A stretch of DNA of 63,942 nucleotides, filler included, from Myxococcota bacterium (lineage in GTDB: Bacteria > Myxococcota_C > UBA6777): the NCBI GenBank assembly GCA_023150835.1. It is 3 parts of 3 records of this genome, joined end to end, with 100 filler letters (N's around TTAATTAATTAA, not from the genome) between each part and the next. Parts side by side here need not be neighbours in the genome. Positions count along the whole stretch, not along the records: positions 46,946 to 63,942 come from JAKLKB010000143.1; 2 more parts are not named here. One strand, given 5' to 3'. Shown piece after piece: positions 60,301 through 63,942 of the stretch. The position numbers and the translations under genes were made by a program. Under the pieces are notes generated by a model, which ran no database searches, was not told where the DNA came from, and worked only from the letters and a program-made list of their open reading frames with translations. The stretch's first letter is position 1. Each line of letters begins with the position of its first letter.

Positions 60301-63300
60301 CGCCTTCTGCTGTTTCGTCTTTCTTGCCTCCTTCCTCTTCTCCTACCGCCCGACCCACCGTGCCTTTCGCTCCACCACCTCCCCCGTTTTCTGCGCCTTC
60401 TCTCTTTTCGCCAGCCGCTGCTTCGCAGATCAGAGGAACATTGGGACTCGCCAAACCTTCGGATAATGCGATACCTTCGCCCTCTTTCTCCGGCATCTTT
60501 ACAGATCCGCCCGCTCCACCCGACAGCGGGTTTCTTCGCGAACTTGACCGATTGCTTGATGGCTTGGGAACTCATACACGCAAAGACAAAGCCGAACCCA
60601 GCGCCGAATTGATCCTTGGAACAGATGATCTGTTTGAAAGCAGCGAAGCCGCAGAGAAACCAACCCCAAAACCGCCCGAACCCAGCGTCGAACTGATCCT
60701 TGGCACCGATGACTTGGTCGAACACGTTCAAACGACCGAACACCCTGCTGTTCAACCACCCGAACCCAGCGTTGAGTGGGTTCTCGGGCAAAACGATCTG
60801 ATCGAACCAACCCCGCAAACGGACGAACATCCGCCAGTTGCGAAGACATCTGCGCAAACGGACGAACATCCGCCAGTTGCGAAGACATCTGCGCAAACGG
60901 ACGAACATCCGCCAGTTGCGAAGACATCTGCGCAAACGGACGAACATCCGCCTGTTGCGAGCGACGCGATCCCACAAGCGACCCACGAGATGCCTGTTCT
61001 TTTGGACGAGGCCGAGCCGACACAAGATTGGCAAGACACCCTTGATAGCCGCGAATTGGACGCAGTATCGCAAGGCCGTCTCTCGCAGATCCTCGATGAA
61101 ACACGCGAACCAGCCGCTCTTGAGACGACAACGGAACCTCCATCAGCCGTTGTTGGAGCGGTAACGGAACCCAAAAAAACCGCGCCCTTGTTTGCTTTGC
61201 CGAAACAAGACGCTCGATCTGCGTTTTCTCCGCCCAAAAATACGCCGCTTGCGCTCTTGATGTCTAATGAAGACGATGATGATCTGCCTCCGCCTCCGAC
61301 CTCCGAAGTGGATATCTCTCGATTCGCATCCGCAGACGAACCCGATGCAGAGGCGATCCGCAAAGCGTTGGTGGGGACGTTGCCTCCGAATACTCCGCTT
61401 ACCACGTCTGCCTTCCAAGCGCTTTTTGAAGAAGCCCAAGCCGCAAAAAACAAAGCCGACACCGCAACAAAGTCCGATACGCCCACCTTTTCGGCAGAGC
61501 AGACGCGCCACACTCTACAAGATGATGACGCTGTGATGGCCCCCAAGTTGGCGGTGTTGCTTGAACAGGTGCTGCCCGAGGAGATCGACGAGGCGGATGC
61601 TCTCGAAGGCTTCGATGCTCTCGAAGTCTCTGATGCTTCAAAAGAAGAGGCGCTTCTTCTACTTTCTACACCTGCAAAACACGAGGCCGAAAAACAACAG
61701 CCTACCGACCAAGATCCCGCATCGCTCGCGCTTTCCGAGAACGAAGACGAAGAGGACGAACCCGCCGCATTTTCTGCGCCTCCTTCCTCTTCTGCCCGTC
61801 GCCTTCGTGCTGATGCTTCCCTCGCAAAACCCGGTGCTTTCGCTTCTTTGCTTGACGAAGCCCACAAAACCGAAGCGTTGATCGAGGCCACCTTCGGCCC
61901 TTCGACAAAGGCCCCGTCCTCCTCGTCCTCCGATACTCCTCGTAGATCAGACGAAGAACCCCTCTCTCCCACAGCGGCGACGGCTGCATCGGCGAGTGAT
62001 GCGACGATCGCGCACAAAACTCCTGTACCATCCGAACAAAAGCCCCCATCCGTTCGCTCGGCCTTTTCTATCCAAGCCGTCCTGTTGACGGACGAAGAAG
62101 CCAAAGAACTCCAAATCTCCACAGATCCGACAGAAGAAGAGCAGATCGCTGCACGCTTGTTGAAGGACGAAAGCCAAGACGGCCTTTTGACCGAAGAGTC
62201 ACTTCCTTCTTCACTTCCTGCCCGACGTGCCGAGACTTCTGGCGTGGATCGCAAAGCGCCCTTGCGACTCTCTCCTACTTCTCTCTTGGTCGATGAAAAC
62301 ACGCTATTTGAAGCCGAAGATGCTGCGTTGCGACGACGCCATCTCGTGATCGGCGGCACCTTGGTGCTTTCGGTCTTGATGATCTTCGTTGCGCTTGGAA
62401 CCTTGCTTGGCTGGTTTTCCTCCAAACCGACTTCTTCTCTTCAGCATCCCTCCGCACAGGCAGGCAAAACAAACGAACCCCCTGCGCGAAACGTCCTTGC
62501 TTCCGCCTCCAAAAACGATCTGCCTCTAGATATCCGAGACGTACCTCCATCCCGCTCTTCTGAAACGCCCGATATAGGTTCTTCTCAGCCTTTGCGCTCC
62601 CATCCTCCTCTCTCTCCAACGGCTCGCACTGCACCTGTTGCTGTTCCTCCTGCTGTCACTTCTTCGCCAACGGCGCTTTCTGTCCAAAAACAACCGTTGT
62701 CTCTTCCATTCACACCACCCATGCCTCCCACGCCACCGGCGATTCCGCCGCTACCTGCGGATCCAAACGCGCTGCCTGCGGTTTCCAACGAACCTCCAAC
62801 CCCGCGCATCGAAACCATCAAACCCCCACAACCTTCGTCGCGTGCTCCTGCCTTGCCCTCGCCTGCTTTGCCGCGTGGGCGACCCCGCAAACGCCCAAAA
62901 GTTGCAACGGCTACCTCTTCAAATGACCGCTGCCCCGAAGGGATGGCGTGGATCGCTGCGGGGGCTTTTCCGATGGGCAGCGCCGTGAGTGATCCCATGC
63001 ACTTCTTTGGCGAAAAAGCGTTGGTGCGCACCTCTACTTCGGGCTTTTGTATCGACCGCTACGAAGCCCCCGGCAAAGGTGAGATGCCCATCCGCGATAT
63101 CTCTTGGAGTGACGCCAAAGCGCATTGCGCCACAAAGGGCAAACGCTTGTGTTCGGAGATCGAGTGGGAACGCGCTTGCAAAGGTTCTTCTGAGCGGCGT
63201 TTTCCTTATGGAAACACTTTCCAACCCAACCGATGCAACACCCGTGATGCCAAAGGCCGCAACCGCAGCATCCGTCGCGGAGGCTCCATGCCCCGATGCA

Positions 63301-63503
63301 AAAGCCCCTTTGGAGTCTTCGATCTCAGCGGCAACGTCGCCGAATGGACCTCCTCGCCTTTCTTGCGCAAGGGCTGGCGCATCATTCGTGGCGGCTCCTT
63401 CAATCGGCCCGATTGGGATGTCCGTTGCGCCAGTCGTGGCGGGCTCCCCCCCAACTCTCGCAAATCCAGCGTCGGCTTCCGCTGCTGTTCTTCCCCAAAG
63501 TGA
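57360..63503 (+). CDS. Giant (2047 aa) zinc-ribbon Ser/Thr kinase with acidic low-complexity linker, TM helix and C-terminal SUMF1/FGE-sulfatase-like domain
   Basis: CPQC..CPKC; GEGSFG, HRDLKPQN, DFG, GTPAYMAPE; TM LVIGGTLVLSVLMIFVALGTLLGWF; CPEGM, RLCSEIEWERAC, DLSGNVAEW, RGGSF, GFRCC. Confidence 0.92.
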   Translation: MNQACPQCAFPFAEGQQDAFSFCPKCSFPLMRVAGKYRLTRLLGEGSFGRVYLARHMNLRHKPERVIKVMRSDVLRQHGMEERFWREVQLTAALSEQNAHVVRVYDDFGEEEGLGFYYVMEYLRGRSLKEVCRACGPLPTPLVWHIFQQLCEAATLAHNEGIIHRDLKPQNIYLIPRGRDPYFVKIFDFGIAKSLVEAKQADWTRGALGTPAYMAPEQCSNRQIDQRTDLYAMAVILYEMLSGRTPFLFDGLAQGTSPDPMAILIAHMTQSPVPLTKQAPWLAIDPALDQVILKALSKDPAERFESVESFWRAILRFLPPDTFQQTLPTPHELLGPEAPVLSSDGWSAIDSVEESDILTPVPSSSALWKTPPESAEKPNEHADASDEYAFPSSAFAEKNIGRSMMWPERTLDLGGILTLRKEQQTLALGEGDLLEEVGLFSEQEEVRLFSEQEDVVDLLTEDHTPDPRRLVETLNLRVPTETALAADALDGASHTADASQKAQTALDVSPFTQPLPRPAFVPIWSDALPQPHPSEPPAPSLQEPTRAYGTFQDEASFAASPFQSELSAEAAPYQNEKSTVEVSPYQNEKNTVDASFFPNEKTTEYPTFSSGKMLDPLSTQPQTNLVSPLFQEEQQTLEANAFQQAPSSDTSRPETFSPSRSPVESIKIPLFLAESSPSLSSLPQERTLELQNKKRAIFYETDNSDTELSERKKRKTLHEQPFSMPPVPPVSLTLPKLPETEPLASFASVPSTPSAASAVPSFAPSAVPSFATSAASAVPSSSAALSMRSTSPQELPDFSEDSEPPVLLAAEDERPHFSEENEPPVLLAAEDEVSEAAELDDAPVLLAAEDEVSEAAELDDAPVLLAAEDEVSEAAELDDAPVLLAAEDEVSEAAELDDAPVLLAEEDPLLLDEQHRSRPNAPTQTEESPVLLEESPPVRLDPSPANKPTLSPHEAVTVAIPNPLHKKTSPPTESFSANSPSPSAVSSFLPPSSSPTARPTVPFAPPPPPFSAPSLFSPAAASQIRGTLGLAKPSDNAIPSPSFSGIFTDPPAPPDSGFLRELDRLLDGLGTHTRKDKAEPSAELILGTDDLFESSEAAEKPTPKPPEPSVELILGTDDLVEHVQTTEHPAVQPPEPSVEWVLGQNDLIEPTPQTDEHPPVAKTSAQTDEHPPVAKTSAQTDEHPPVAKTSAQTDEHPPVASDAIPQATHEMPVLLDEAEPTQDWQDTLDSRELDAVSQGRLSQILDETREPAALETTTEPPSAVVGAVTEPKKTAPLFALPKQDARSAFSPPKNTPLALLMSNEDDDDLPPPPTSEVDISRFASADEPDAEAIRKALVGTLPPNTPLTTSAFQALFEEAQAAKNKADTATKSDTPTFSAEQTRHTLQDDDAVMAPKLAVLLEQVLPEEIDEADALEGFDALEVSDASKEEALLLLSTPAKHEAEKQQPTDQDPASLALSENEDEEDEPAAFSAPPSSSARRLRADASLAKPGAFASLLDEAHKTEALIEATFGPSTKAPSSSSSDTPRRSDEEPLSPTAATAASASDATIAHKTPVPSEQKPPSVRSAFSIQAVLLTDEEAKELQISTDPTEEEQIAARLLKDESQDGLLTEESLPSSLPARRAETSGVDRKAPLRLSPTSLLVDENTLFEAEDAALRRRHLVIGGTLVLSVLMIFVALGTLLGWFSSKPTSSLQHPSAQAGKTNEPPARNVLASASKNDLPLDIRDVPPSRSSETPDIGSSQPLRSHPPLSPTARTAPVAVPPAVTSSPTALSVQKQPLSLPFTPPMPPTPPAIPPLPADPNALPAVSNEPPTPRIETIKPPQPSSRAPALPSPALPRGRPRKRPKVATATSSNDRCPEGMAWIAAGAFPMGSAVSDPMHFFGEKALVRTSTSGFCIDRYEAPGKGEMPIRDISWSDAKAHCATKGKRLCSEIEWERACKGSSERRFPYGNTFQPNRCNTRDAKGRNRSIRRGGSMPRCKSPFGVFDLSGNVAEWTSSPFLRKGWRIIRGGSFNRPDWDVRCASRGGLPPNSRKSSVGFRCCSSPK
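59827..60960. repeat. In-frame tandem repeats in the kinase linker: 57-bp x~4.5 (59827-60080) and 39-bp x~4 (60814-60960)
   Basis: PVLLAAEDEVSEAAELDDA and QTDEHPPVAKTSA units. Confidence 0.92.
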
Positions 63504-63521
63504 CTCGACCTTTTCTCTTTA

Positions 63522-63743
63522 TCGGCGTGGCTTGTGGGATGGTTTTTGTGGGACTTCGTCGGCGTGGCTTGTGGGATGGTTTTTGTGGGACTTCGTCGGC
63601 GTGGCTTGTGGGATGGTTTTTGTGGGGCTTTGCCCCACGCCCCACAAGGGACTGTCGCCCCTTGACCCCGCATCGGCGAACAGATCAGCGTTTTTCACAC
63701 CAATCACTCTTTCGCTTGATATGGCGCGAACACGAGGGTTTTT
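63522..63743 (+). repeat. 37-bp tandem x3 running into dispersed repeat copy I (63617-63743)
   Basis: TCGGCGTGGCTTGTGGGATGGTTTTTGTGGG at 63522, 63559 and 63596, then TGGGGCTTTGCCCCA...CCCCTTGACCCCG...CGAACACG. Confidence 0.88.
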
Positions 63744-63900
63744 GTCTATCGCGCAGCATCCTCTATTCTTTAGATGCGATCTTTTCTGTCGCTGCTGTGT
63801 TCATAAGTAAGTATCACTAAGTTTCTTCAACTTTCGCGCCCGAAGAACGGGTTCGTTCAAAAAAGATGGCGATGAAGAGGTCACCGACGCAACAGATCGA

Positions 63901-63926
63901 GGGCAGGCACGGGGGCCTGCCCCTAC
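63901..63926 (-). repeat. GTAG-family REP
   Basis: Reverse complement reads GTAGGGGCAGGCCCCCGTGCCTGCCC (GTAG followed by a hairpin). Confidence 0.85.
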
Positions 63927-63942
63927 GAAACACCGTGTGATT

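Overview
The window is three contigs (1-23383, 23484-46845, 46946-63942) joined by artificial 100-nt N/TTAATTAATTAA linkers, so adjacency across the joins means nothing. Gene content points to a Myxococcota-like chromosome (inference): four Hanks-type Ser/Thr kinases, a TPR/PEGA protein next to Cys-rich lipoproteins, a TIGR02266-like PilZ-DnaJ protein and an alpha-2-macroglobulin. Housekeeping genes include murB, ggt, kbl, folE, hemJ, plsC and recD2. The most unusual items are: (i) a zinc-ribbon Ser/Thr kinase fused to an oxygen-binding di-iron (ODP-like) domain, heading an operon with DUF2786- and YARHG-like genes; (ii) a protein with no Sec signal made of at least 22 tandem 27-28 aa amphipathic beta-hairpins; (iii) a phage-type Cys-containing SSB-like gene paired with recD2 outside any prophage; (iv) a low-GC integron integrase with a long N-terminal extension and a candidate attI at the contig edge; (v) nine copies of a ~125-bp structured intergenic repeat, plus GTAG-REPs amplified into tandem arrays; (vi) a pseudo-receiver/kinase/Roadblock-like protein. 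All family calls come from motif recognition by eye; no database searches were run. No tRNA, rRNA or CRISPR array was seen.
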